Shown here: in pieces, positions 48,810-58,060 of the stretch
How positions within the stretch are numbered: position 1 is the first letter of the stretch
How the letters are laid out: each line of letters starts with the position of its first letter
Source of the DNA: an uncultured Desulfarculus sp.
GTDB lineage: Bacteria > Desulfobacterota > Desulfarculia > Desulfarculales > Desulfarculaceae
Assembly: GCA_963665125.2 (NCBI GenBank)
Contig: CAXXUK010000001.1
Coordinates: 1,792,001-1,856,000, forward strand
Direction of reading: 5' to 3'
Length of the DNA stretch: 64,000 nucleotides
Translations under genes and position numbers: made by a program
Notes under the pieces: generated by a model
What the model saw: only the letters and a program-made list of their open reading frames with translations
The model's database searches: none
Told to the model about the DNA's origin: nothing

Positions 48810-49493
48810 ATGCAATCGACCGCCAACCGGCCTCCCCGCGGGCTGTTTCTGGACCTGGACGGCACCCTGGCCGACAGTTTGCCGGCTTTGCGTATCGCTT
48901 ATGACGCTTTTCTACAAGGCTTCGGCAAAAGCGGCAATGATGCCGAGTTCACGCGGCTCAACGGGCCCAAATTGATCGAAATCGTCACAGAGCTGATAAA
49001 AAGCCACTCACTACCCGGCGCGCCCGAGGAGCTTGTCGCCCGCTACCTGGACCTGCTGGTCGGTGTCTACGCCCGGGCGGCTGTGCCGCGCCGGGGTGCC
49101 GCCGCACTGCTGGAGTTTGCCCGTCGCAACGAGGCAAAGGTGGCTCTGGTCACCTCGGCTCCCAGGGCCATGGCCGTTGAATTTCTGACAATTCACGCGC
49201 TGGACCATTTTTTTGACGCCCTGGTCTGCGCCGAGGACGCACAACGGGGCAAGCCGCACCCTGGTGCCTATAAAACAGCTCTGGCGGTTTGCGGCATCGC
49301 CGCCGACCGGGCCACGGCCATGGAGGATTCTCCCAACGGTGTGCAAGCGGCCGTGGGCGCGGGCATCACCACTCTGGGCATCGCTGGGGCCCAACGCCGG
49401 CAGGTCTTGCTGGCGGCTGGTGCGGCGGCTGTGTTTGACGATTTCGACCAGGCCCGCGTCCATATCGGGCGGATATGGGGCCTGAGCGACTGA
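48810..49493 (+). CDS. HAD-family phosphatase (beta-PGM/CbbY-like)
   Basis: DLDGTLADS, VTSA, GKPHP, EDSPNG. Confidence 0.92.
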   Translation: MQSTANRPPRGLFLDLDGTLADSLPALRIAYDAFLQGFGKSGNDAEFTRLNGPKLIEIVTELIKSHSLPGAPEELVARYLDLLVGVYARAAVPRRGAAALLEFARRNEAKVALVTSAPRAMAVEFLTIHALDHFFDALVCAEDAQRGKPHPGAYKTALAVCGIAADRATAMEDSPNGVQAAVGAGITTLGIAGAQRRQVLLAAGAAAVFDDFDQARVHIGRIWGLSD

Positions 49494-49496
49494 GGA

Positions 49497-50189
49497 TCAG
49501 CCCCTGCGCTTCATCTTTTCCCAGATCGCTTCCATGACATAAAAATCTTCGCTGGTGTCAACGTCCAGCGATCGGCTGCGGGGCATGGGATAGACCACCG
49601 CGTTGGGGCCCAGCAGCTCCCGCCCGGCCAGAAAGGCCTTGACCCGGCACCAGCTTATGGCCCCGTTGTGCACCACCAACTGGGGCACGTCCTGGCCCTT
49701 GCTGCAGGCAATGTCCGGCCAGTGATAGCTTGGCCCGCCCTGGGCGTCGACGGTCATGGCGGCATGGGGATAAAAAAAGTAATCGGTGATGGAGGTCACA
49801 AAATCACGGCCCCGGCGCAGCAGGTCGTGGCAGGCCCGTATATCCTCGGCGGTGCGCAGGGCAGAGGTCGCCGTGAGCACGGCGAACGACTCCACCTCAC
49901 CTGCCGCGTCATCAAAACATTGTTCCAACACGGCCAGGCATACATCGCGTACCCTGGCCTGGTCAGAGGCCAGCTCGGTATCGCGGCGATGCAGCGTCGC
50001 ACCGAATTCCTGGGCCACGGCTGCGATTTCATCGTCCTCGGTGGACACAAAGATATGGTCGAACACCCCGCTCCGCCTGGCCTGCTCAATGGTGTGGCCC
50101 AGTAGAGGTTTGCCGTCCAAAGGCATGATATTTTTACGCGGCAGGCGCTTCGAGCCTCCCCGCGCCGGGATTATGGCTATGGTTTTCAT
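49497..50189 (-). CDS. CMP-nonulosonate synthetase (NeuA family), second copy
   Basis: IIPARGGSKRLPRKN, VSTED, HNGAI, SLDVDT..DF. Confidence 0.92.
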   Translation of the reverse strand: MKTIAIIPARGGSKRLPRKNIMPLDGKPLLGHTIEQARRSGVFDHIFVSTEDDEIAAVAQEFGATLHRRDTELASDQARVRDVCLAVLEQCFDDAAGEVESFAVLTATSALRTAEDIRACHDLLRRGRDFVTSITDYFFYPHAAMTVDAQGGPSYHWPDIACSKGQDVPQLVVHNGAISWCRVKAFLAGRELLGPNAVVYPMPRSRSLDVDTSEDFYVMEAIWEKMKRRG

Positions 50190-50233
50190 GGTGTAGATCC
50201 GTCCTAAACCTTTTCGCTGGCGCCGGTTGTCCG

Positions 50234-51292
50234 TCAAATGTCGTCCCAGGTTATCGCCCGTCCCTGCTCCAGATCGTTTTTCAGGCTGCGGCCCACGGCA
50301 AGGCGCCAATGCTCGGGCCGAATGCCGAATCCGGGCCGGGCCAGAACCAGATCCCCGGGCGTCAAAACATGTCCAGCCTTGAGGTCCCGGCCGGCCACCA
50401 GCCCGTGACGGTTTACCAATTGGCCCTGAATCGTATCGGGGCTCCAGGTTCTGGCGGCCTCGCCCCTGGCCGTGGAAACAAAACGCACTTCATCCACGAA
50501 CTCGGCATAGTCGGCCATGTCCTCGGAAAAGACATATTCCACATAGGGCTGGGTCTTGTCCGGGGCCATGGGTTTTTCCACCACGCATGCCCCGGCGCCG
50601 ATGGCCGCCGCGATCATCAAGCGCCCAGGCGTATGGCAGGAAAAGCCCACCGGCGAATCCAGGGCTGCGGTCAGAGCGTTTATGCGCCGCAGGTCCGTGG
50701 TCTCCGGCGGCGAGGGATAGCCCGGCGGATTTACCATTATCACCAGATTTTCCCCTCCGGCCGAATAAAACTCCTCGGCGGCCCGGACGATCTCCCAAAG
50801 CTGAGTCTGGGCCGTGTCCATGAAAGCGGGTAGTCCCAGCGAGGCCACGTGGGCAATGAGCGGGTAGTGGTCGATTTCACCGGACGAAAGTTTGATGGCG
50901 CAGGCCCCCTGCCGGTGCAGAAAGTCCACTTCTTCCTTTGAACAGGCCGTGGCGAAAAACGGCTTGCCAGTTTTTTTAATCTCGGCGATGAGCTCGGCGG
51001 CCTGGTCAAACGACAGGTGGCCCTCGCGGAAGGCCTCGAACAGGTTTTGGGTCACCATGCCGTGACTGGCCGTGCCAAAGGAGAACTCCGTATCGTTGCG
51101 GTACGGCTTGGACAGCGCCGTATCAAGCTGATATATCTCAAATTTTATATAGTCGGCGTCGGCTTGGGTCGCCACCTGCACCATGCGTTTGGCCAACTCG
51201 ACGTCGCCCCTGTGGCATATGCCCAGCTCGGCGACAATCCTCACTGGGAAGTCCGGCCCCAGATCCAGGCCGCCTATGCGACATTTTTTCAT
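50234..51292 (-). CDS. Divergent NeuB-family (nonulosonate synthase-like) protein with SAF domain
   Basis: IVAELGICHRGD, IKLSSGEI, GFSCHT, VVEKP, RPGFGI; several canonical residues replaced. Confidence 0.85.
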   Translation of the reverse strand: MKKCRIGGLDLGPDFPVRIVAELGICHRGDVELAKRMVQVATQADADYIKFEIYQLDTALSKPYRNDTEFSFGTASHGMVTQNLFEAFREGHLSFDQAAELIAEIKKTGKPFFATACSKEEVDFLHRQGACAIKLSSGEIDHYPLIAHVASLGLPAFMDTAQTQLWEIVRAAEEFYSAGGENLVIMVNPPGYPSPPETTDLRRINALTAALDSPVGFSCHTPGRLMIAAAIGAGACVVEKPMAPDKTQPYVEYVFSEDMADYAEFVDEVRFVSTARGEAARTWSPDTIQGQLVNRHGLVAGRDLKAGHVLTPGDLVLARPGFGIRPEHWRLAVGRSLKNDLEQGRAITWDDI

Positions 51293-52152
51293 GCTTCACC
51301 TCGTTTCAGCGCGCCGCGCAACCATGCGATTTCCGCTTCCAGCAATTCCAGGCCTCTGGGTCCGGGCGGCACTATGCCCTCCACCACTACGGGCACCCCC
51401 GCGACGGCCGCCAGAAATTGGCGGTCAAGCCGCCCGGCGTCAGCGGTGCAAAACGAATGAACCGCCTCTATTTCGTTAAAACCGTTATCCCTGTACCAGT
51501 TGCGTCCCAGCCACTTTGAGTGATTGCTTGCATGCACGGCGGCCAGGCGCGTGACCAGTTCAGGGTCATCCATAAATTCGCGCCAGGAAAACCGGGCTTC
51601 AAAATCCTGCAAATGGGCCGTATCCAGGACCAGGCCGAAGTCCCGGTGTTCGGGCGGCCAGCCCCGGAAGTGCTCCGGCCGGTTGCCGTAGGCCTTTTCC
51701 GCGTCCATGAACTCAAAACAGACCCGACAGTCGTCAAAGACATCGGCCAGCATGTCCAGGGGCCGCGAACAGCCGCCCACAAGCATGTCGGCGTGGATCA
51801 CCAGCATGGCCGCGCCCACCTGCCGGGCCAGACGCCGGATATTCACCAGCCGTTTTTCAAAGGCCGCGTAGTCTACCTGCCCGGCCCATGGGATGTCGTA
51901 AAAGTCGGTATGTAGCGACACCATGGGCAGATCGCGCAAATAGCTGGTCTGGGCCTGGTTGAACACAGGCAGGCCGCCGCCCCGGCCGTCAAAAAACCAG
52001 ATATCAACGCCGTCAATGGAGGGCCTGTGCTCCATGATCAGCTCCAGGCTTTTGGCCGCGTCATAAGGTTGACGCCAGAACCAAAAGGTGGAGGTGGACA
52101 ATAGGATCAGCGAGTTATCCGAATATTGCCCCATAAAACAACCGTTTCGCAT
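51289..52152 (-). CDS. Hypothetical TIM-barrel protein (xylose-isomerase/AP-endonuclease-like)
   Basis: SLH, LVIHAD, FEFMD, VLDTAH, VHASN, VVEG spacing of metal-binding residues; GGAGG before ATG 52152. Confidence 0.65.
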   Translation of the reverse strand: MRNGCFMGQYSDNSLILLSTSTFWFWRQPYDAAKSLELIMEHRPSIDGVDIWFFDGRGGGLPVFNQAQTSYLRDLPMVSLHTDFYDIPWAGQVDYAAFEKRLVNIRRLARQVGAAMLVIHADMLVGGCSRPLDMLADVFDDCRVCFEFMDAEKAYGNRPEHFRGWPPEHRDFGLVLDTAHLQDFEARFSWREFMDDPELVTRLAAVHASNHSKWLGRNWYRDNGFNEIEAVHSFCTADAGRLDRQFLAAVAGVPVVVEGIVPPGPRGLELLEAEIAWLRGALKRGEA

Positions 52153-52225
52153 TACGCCTCCGGCCGCCCGCCCCATCGGCTTTGGCGGCGTCTGGCAAGC
52201 CCGAAAATCATAGTATCAAACATAA

Positions 52226-52241
52226 AGCAAAAACAGGGCCA
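52226..52241 (-). promoter_or_regulatory. sigma54 promoter of the TIM-barrel/NeuB/NeuA operon
   Basis: TGGCCCTGTTTTTGCT on the minus strand. Confidence 0.78.
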
Positions 52242-52341
52242 AAGAAATGGCCAAGGCAGCCGGGCGGGCTGATAACAAAGCCAGTTTTCGGTGAGTTGTG
52301 TTATCATGCCTCAGTTCAACCTCGGCAAAGTCAGGTATTTC

Positions 52342-52878
52342 ATGGATGTACTGACCCTGGAAATATGCCGCCCCATCCGAAGCCACGCTCAATACGTCAT
52401 GCAGTGGCGCAACGATCCCCACACCCTGAGAATGAGCTATCATGGTCAGCCCCGGCAGTGGTCCGAATTTTGGACCGATTTCCAGGCCCAATTCGCGCCG
52501 GAGGCGGGTAGAAGGCATTTTTTCGCCGTTTACCGGGGCCAAAAGGCGGCATACCTGCGCCTGGACCCATGCCCCCACCCGGAAAGGCCCGACGCGGCCT
52601 GCTATGAGGTTTCCATCAACGTTGCCCCCCAATTTCGCGGCCGCGGCGTCGGCTCGGGGGCGCTGAATCTGGCGGCCCGAGCTGTCGAGGCCCTGGGCGG
52701 CGACAGCCTCCGCGCCGAGGTGCGGGTAATAAATGAGGCCTCGCTGGCCTGTTTCTGCAAGGCGGGCTTCCGCGACCTGGGCCGTCGGATCAAGCACGTG
52801 GCCGACACGGGCGAGGATGCGGATATCCATGTCCTGGTCCGTGACCTGCACGTGTCGCCGGGGGGAGAACAAGACTGA
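52342..52878 (+). CDS. GNAT N-acetyltransferase (PseH-like)
   Basis: WRNDP..R.MS, EVSINVAPQFRGRGVG, N.AS..CF.KAGF. Confidence 0.85.
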   Translation: MDVLTLEICRPIRSHAQYVMQWRNDPHTLRMSYHGQPRQWSEFWTDFQAQFAPEAGRRHFFAVYRGQKAAYLRLDPCPHPERPDAACYEVSINVAPQFRGRGVGSGALNLAARAVEALGGDSLRAEVRVINEASLACFCKAGFRDLGRRIKHVADTGEDADIHVLVRDLHVSPGGEQD

Positions 52879-53591
52879 TGACCCCGGACACCCTCACCGC
52901 CATAAGACCCAATTGCCGTCTGGAGGTGACGCCGGACGACATGTCTTTGACGCCCGAACAGCATCTTACCGTTGAGCGCATTTGGAAGGATGAAACTGCG
53001 GCCAACCCCAAGCTGTTCAACGGCAGGCAGTTGAGCGTGGTGCAGATCACTCCGGAGGCCATCCGTTGCCGGGCCGTGGAATACCGCTTTATATTGTCTC
53101 ACCTCCGCCAACCGGGAGCGATACCCGGCCTGGTCCTGCACCCCCTGGCCCTAACCGTGGTCTTGGAGGCTGGCGGTTCGGTCATATTTGGCAAGCGGTC
53201 ACAAGAAGTTAGCCAGATGCCGGGCTATTGGGAGCCCGCGCCGTCCGGCGGCGTGGAATTCACCGCGACCGGCCAAGCCCCGGCGGGTATACGGGACCAG
53301 GCCCTGCGGGAGTTGCGGGAAGAACTGGGCCTCCGGCCGGAACACATCGCATCGCTGGTCCCCCTGGCGGTGTTCCAGGATCCGGTCAGCCGGGTGGCCG
53401 ATATCTGCGTGCACGCCAGGGCCAATATTTCGGCACAAACATTGCTTACACTTTTTAATGAGTTATCGGGCTGGGAGTACGAGACCGTCGCTGCGGTGCC
53501 GCTGGCGCGGCTGCCAGAGTTCACGGCCCAACACCAGGGGAGGTTGGTTGCTCCCACATTGCCCTTTTTACGCAAATGCAAGTTGATGTGA
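52878..53591 (+). CDS. NUDIX hydrolase
   Basis: SGGVE...ALRELREELGL NUDIX box; N-terminal LFNG motif. Confidence 0.85.
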   Translation: MTPDTLTAIRPNCRLEVTPDDMSLTPEQHLTVERIWKDETAANPKLFNGRQLSVVQITPEAIRCRAVEYRFILSHLRQPGAIPGLVLHPLALTVVLEAGGSVIFGKRSQEVSQMPGYWEPAPSGGVEFTATGQAPAGIRDQALRELREELGLRPEHIASLVPLAVFQDPVSRVADICVHARANISAQTLLTLFNELSGWEYETVAAVPLARLPEFTAQHQGRLVAPTLPFLRKCKLM

Positions 53592-53601
53592 CGAGGTCGT
53601 C

Positions 53602-54321
53602 GTGGATGTAGCGGTCATACCGGCCAGGGGCGGCAGCAAAAGAATCCCCGGCAAAAACATACGCAATTTCTGCGGACGCCCTCTCATTGAATATTCCATC
53701 AATGCTGCCCGCCAAGCCGGTGTTTTCGGCCGAGTTATCGTATCCACCGATACGGACGAAATCGCCCGCATCGCCAGTCAAGCCGGAGCCGAAGTCCCGT
53801 TCACCAGGCCGTCCGAACTCTCTGACGACTTCACGCCCACGGCCGATGTCCTGCTCCACGCCCTGGCCTGGTTGGAGGCCCAAGGCTGCTCCGTGGACGC
53901 CCTGTGCTGCATCTACGCCACCGCCCCCATGATCTCGGCGGAGGACATCCGCCAGGGCCGCCGCCTGCTGGCCGCCGGGGGCGCCTCGGCGGTCATCGCC
54001 GTAACCGGCTTCGACTTTCCGATATTCCGGGCCTTCAAGGCCTCGGACGACGGCCGCCTAGCCATGATTTGGCCCGAACATGAATTGACGCGTTCCAACG
54101 ACCTGCCCCGGGCCCTTCACGACGCCGGGCAGTTTTATTGGCTGGACGCCCCGTCGTTCGTAAAAAACAAGAAGATCTACGCGGACGACGCCGTGGCCCT
54201 GGTCATTCCGCGCCACCGGGTCCAGGATATAGACACCCCCGAAGACTGGCTCATGGCCGAGGCCTTGTACAATGCGCTCCGGCAAATGGGCCAACAAGAC
54301 ACGAATGGCGGTGCCAATTGA
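53602..54321 (+). CDS. pseF: Pseudaminic acid cytidylyltransferase PseF
   Basis: IPARGGSKRIPGKNI, CCIYATAP, RSNDL..HDAGQFYW, VQDIDTPEDW. Confidence 0.92.
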   Translation: MDVAVIPARGGSKRIPGKNIRNFCGRPLIEYSINAARQAGVFGRVIVSTDTDEIARIASQAGAEVPFTRPSELSDDFTPTADVLLHALAWLEAQGCSVDALCCIYATAPMISAEDIRQGRRLLAAGGASAVIAVTGFDFPIFRAFKASDDGRLAMIWPEHELTRSNDLPRALHDAGQFYWLDAPSFVKNKKIYADDAVALVIPRHRVQDIDTPEDWLMAEALYNALRQMGQQDTNGGAN

Positions 54322-54962
54322 CAGACAAAACCAAACAGGCCCAAAACTGGGCATCGGATTTCGGCAAACAGTACACCGACCGCAACGCCCAGAGTCTCGA
54401 GGAGATGGAGCAACTTTTCGTCCAGAACTTTGGCGTGAGCCGCACGGAAATGAACGCCCGGTTTCTGGAGGGTCTGTCCAGGGACATCTCCATTCTCGAA
54501 GTAGGCTGCAACATAGGCAATCAGCTATTGTGCCTGCAAAAATTGGGCTTCAGCAACCTGACCGGGCTGGAGGTCCAGCCCTATGCCGCGGCCAAGGCCA
54601 AGCAGCGCTGCCCGGGGATCGAAATCATCGAGGGCTCGGCCCAGGATTTGGACTCCGACGCACGTTACGACCTGGTGTTCACCTCCGGCGTTTTGATCCA
54701 CATCGCCCCGGAAGACCTGGCCCAGGTCATGGCCAACATCCACTCATGCTCCCGCCGCTATATCTGGGGTTATGAGTATTGGGCTGAAAACCTTCAGGAA
54801 GTGGCCTACCGCGACCACCGGCAGATGATGTGGAAAGGCGACTATGCCGCCCTCTACCTTGAAAATTTCTCCGACCTGAGCCTGGTCAAACAGGAGAAGT
54901 ACAAGTATCTGGCCAACCAGAACATGGACGCCATGTTCCTGTTGAAAAAGACCGGCAGATAG
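54318..54962 (+). CDS. Pseudaminic acid biosynthesis-associated SAM methylase
   Basis: W.SDFG..YTDRN, LEVGCNIG, DLVFTSGVLIHI.P; TTG start overlapping the pseF stop. Confidence 0.88.
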   Translation: MTDKTKQAQNWASDFGKQYTDRNAQSLEEMEQLFVQNFGVSRTEMNARFLEGLSRDISILEVGCNIGNQLLCLQKLGFSNLTGLEVQPYAAAKAKQRCPGIEIIEGSAQDLDSDARYDLVFTSGVLIHIAPEDLAQVMANIHSCSRRYIWGYEYWAENLQEVAYRDHRQMMWKGDYAALYLENFSDLSLVKQEKYKYLANQNMDAMFLLKKTGR

Positions 54963-54966
54963 AGCC

Positions 54967-56004
54967 ATGGGTCACGGTGTATTCATAATCGCCGAGGCGG
55001 GCTCCAACTGGCGCCTGGGATCATCGGCCAGGGACACAGCCATGGGCAAGGCCTTGATCGAATGTGCCGCCGAGGCCGGAGCCGACGCGGTCAAGTTCCA
55101 GACCTACCGCCCGGAAACGGTGTACGTGCCCAACGCCGGAACCAGCAATTATCTGAGACAGGGCGGCGAACAGCGGGAAATCGGCGAAATTTTCGCTGAC
55201 TTGGCCATGCCCTACGAGATGATCCCCGTCCTGGCCAGGCACGCGGCGGAGTGCGGCCTGGAGTTTATGAGCACGCCGTTTTCCCGGGCCGATTTCGCAG
55301 CCCTGGACCCGTTCGTGCGCACGCACAAGATAGCCTCGTACGAAATATCCCATCTGCGGCTTTTGCAGATGACCGGGGCCAGCGGCAAGCCGCTGATATT
55401 GTCCACCGGGGCCAGCACCATGGAGGACATCGCCTGGGCCGTGGACCAGTTCCGCCGGGCGGGCGGCGCGGATTTGACCCTTCTGCAATGCACGGCCAAA
55501 TATCCGGCTCCGCCGGAGAGCCTTAACCTGCGGGTTCTGTCGGGCCTGGCCGCCGAATTCGGCCTGCCGGTGGGCCTTTCGGACCACAGCCGCCACCCGC
55601 TGCTGGCTCCGGTGGCCGCCGTGGCCATGGGTGCGGTGGTCATCGAAAAACACTTTACCCTGCACAATCGCCTGCCGGGACCGGACCACGCTTTTGCCGT
55701 CACGGCCGAAGAATTGAAGCAAATGGTTCAGGCCGTACGAATAGCCGAGGAAATGTTAGGATCTGAAGTAAAGGCCGTCTTTCCCCAGGAGAAGGAGTTG
55801 GCCCTGTTCGCCCGCCGGGGCCTACAGGCAATCCGCGACATCGCGCCAGGCGAGGCGCTGCAAGAAGGTGTCAACTTCGACATCCTGCGGCCGGGCAACC
55901 AGAAACCCGGCCTGCACCCCAGACATCTGGAGCGAATCCAGGGCCGCACAGCCTCCAGGCATATCGCCCTGGGCAGCGGTTTGGACGAGGGAGACTGGAT
56001 CTGA
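54967..56004 (+). CDS. Nonulosonate synthase (PseI/NeuB family)
   Basis: IIAEAGSN, DAVKFQT, STPF, KIASYE, ILSTG, QCTAKYP, GLSDHS, IEKHFTL, GPDH; located between pseF and pseB. Confidence 0.93.
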   Translation: MGHGVFIIAEAGSNWRLGSSARDTAMGKALIECAAEAGADAVKFQTYRPETVYVPNAGTSNYLRQGGEQREIGEIFADLAMPYEMIPVLARHAAECGLEFMSTPFSRADFAALDPFVRTHKIASYEISHLRLLQMTGASGKPLILSTGASTMEDIAWAVDQFRRAGGADLTLLQCTAKYPAPPESLNLRVLSGLAAEFGLPVGLSDHSRHPLLAPVAAVAMGAVVIEKHFTLHNRLPGPDHAFAVTAEELKQMVQAVRIAEEMLGSEVKAVFPQEKELALFARRGLQAIRDIAPGEALQEGVNFDILRPGNQKPGLHPRHLERIQGRTASRHIALGSGLDEGDWI

Positions 56005-56090
56005 CGTAAATCGGGGATCGGGCGCCAGCGGTTATGCTACACTGCACCCCAGTTGGCGCTGCCGGACATGCTCAAGACCTAGGAGGGGTC

Positions 56091-57077
56091 ATGATAGACA
56101 ATGCGATCATACTGGTCACCGGGGCCACCGGTTCTTTCGGCCGGGTTTGCGTTCGCTACATTCTCAACAACTTCAAGCCGCGTAAACTGATCGTGTTCAG
56201 TAGGGATGAACTCAAGCAATGGGAAATGGCCCAGGAGTTCACCGAGGAGCAGCGCGACACTCTGCGGTTTTTCCTTGGCGACGTCCGCGACCTCAAGCGC
56301 TTGGAGCGCGCCTTTCACGACGTCAACGTTGTCATCCACGCGGCGGCCCTAAAGCAGGTTCCGGCCCTGGAATACAACCCCAGCGAGGCCATACACACCA
56401 ACGTACTTGGCGCTGAAAACATCATCAACGCCGCCATCGACAAGGGCGTGGGCCGGGTCATCTGCCTGAGCACGGACAAAGCCGTCAACCCCATCAACCT
56501 CTACGGCGCCACCAAACTGTGCTCGGACAAGCTGTTCGTAGCCGCCAACAGGCTCTCTGACAAACACGGCACCAAATTCTCGGTGGTGCGCTACGGCAAC
56601 GTGGTGGCCAGCCGAGGCAGCGTGGTCCAGCTCTTCGCCAAGTGCGTGGAGGAAAACACCCCCATACCCATAACCGACGAGCGGATGACCCGTTTCTGGA
56701 TAACCCTGGACAAGGCCGTTGATTTTGTGATGAAGCGGCTGGAGGACATGAAGGGCGGCGAGGTCTTCGTGCCCAAGATGGGCAGCCTCAAGCTCACCGA
56801 CGTGGCGCGGATGCTCGCCCCCGGCCGCCCCTTGAAGATTATCGGCATCCGGCCCGGCGAAAAGCTGCACGAGACAATGATACCCATTGACGAGGCCCTC
56901 TACACAGTGGACATGGGCAGCCATTACATCATCCACTCGCCGCTGGTGAGCCTGGACCGTTACAAGCCGGACATCGGCCCCATGGTCCCCGAGGGCTTCC
57001 ACTATTCCAGCGACAACAACCAAAGATGGTTGACCGACGATGAGTTCATGGCCATGGTCAAGGTCGCCAAGGCCTGA
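56091..57077 (+). CDS. pseB: UDP-GlcNAc 4,6-dehydratase (inverting) PseB
   Basis: TGATGSFG, SRDELKQ, HAAALKQVP..EYNP, STDKA.NP.NLYGATK, RYGNV..SRGSV, GIRPGEKLHE. Confidence 0.95.
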   Translation: MIDNAIILVTGATGSFGRVCVRYILNNFKPRKLIVFSRDELKQWEMAQEFTEEQRDTLRFFLGDVRDLKRLERAFHDVNVVIHAAALKQVPALEYNPSEAIHTNVLGAENIINAAIDKGVGRVICLSTDKAVNPINLYGATKLCSDKLFVAANRLSDKHGTKFSVVRYGNVVASRGSVVQLFAKCVEENTPIPITDERMTRFWITLDKAVDFVMKRLEDMKGGEVFVPKMGSLKLTDVARMLAPGRPLKIIGIRPGEKLHETMIPIDEALYTVDMGSHYIIHSPLVSLDRYKPDIGPMVPEGFHYSSDNNQRWLTDDEFMAMVKVAKA

Positions 57078-57106
57078 TCATACGAATACGGCGATGAAGA
57101 GACAAA

Positions 57107-58060
57107 GTGAGCGATGACGCCAAATATCGGCGGCCCTTTCCCGAGGTAATCCGGCTGGAGCCCGCTGCCACGTGCAACCTGCGCTGCATCCATTGCCCCA
57201 CCGGATGCGGCGGCGGACCCAAGGGATTGATGACGCCGGAAACGTTCGAGGTTTTGCTTGAACAGTTGCGGCCCCACGGCCCCCGTATCAGGGTCGCCGT
57301 GCTCTATCATGGCGGCGAACCGCTGTTGAACAAGCATTTTTTCCGCATGGCCGCCGGTATCAAGCAACTTGGCGTGCCTTTTGTCAAAACCGTCAGCAAC
57401 GGCATGCTCCTGGACAAGCAGGCCGCCGGAGAGATGATCGATTGCGGCATTGACGCGGTGGAGTTTTCCCTGGACGGCCTGTCGCCCGAAGACAACGACC
57501 GCATCCGTCGGGGCGACGATTTCCGGCGCGTCGTCACCAACGTTCGGCGGCTGCTGGAGTTGAAAAAATCCCTGAACCGTTCGACGCCCAAGGTTTCCAT
57601 AGCCAGCACCCAGTTCATCGACCAGGCCCTGACCGACGATCTGGCCCAGGCGGGATCGGCGGTGGCCGAGACGTTTCCCCTGGCGCCGCTGTTTTTACGC
57701 GAATGCTTCGACGATTTTCCCGAGGTCGAATTTCTGCCCACCTGGGCCATGCTGTGGCCGGCCATGTCTTTGGATCGCCAGCGTTTCAGCGCCTTCACCG
57801 ACACAACCCCCCAGCACCTAACCCGTTGCGGCCATCTGGACGAAGTACTCACCATTCGCCATAACGGCGACATCGTGCCTTGCTGCCTGGACCTTACCAG
57901 CCGCTATGTCATCGGCAACGCCCTGGAAGATGGGCTGGAGGGGGTCTGGAACAACCCGCGCATGCTGGCCATCCGCCGGGCCATGGCCACCGGGCGGCAC
58001 ATTGCGCCCTGCGACAGCTGCCTGTTGGTCAATACGCCGGTCTTTTTGATCAGGAAATAG
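57107..58060 (+). CDS. Radical SAM/SPASM-domain protein
   Basis: CNLRCIHC, GGEPLL, C-terminal C...GDIVPCC.D..IGN..WN..C..C. Confidence 0.92.
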   Translation: MSDDAKYRRPFPEVIRLEPAATCNLRCIHCPTGCGGGPKGLMTPETFEVLLEQLRPHGPRIRVAVLYHGGEPLLNKHFFRMAAGIKQLGVPFVKTVSNGMLLDKQAAGEMIDCGIDAVEFSLDGLSPEDNDRIRRGDDFRRVVTNVRRLLELKKSLNRSTPKVSIASTQFIDQALTDDLAQAGSAVAETFPLAPLFLRECFDDFPEVEFLPTWAMLWPAMSLDRQRFSAFTDTTPQHLTRCGHLDEVLTIRHNGDIVPCCLDLTSRYVIGNALEDGLEGVWNNPRMLAIRRAMATGRHIAPCDSCLLVNTPVFLIRK

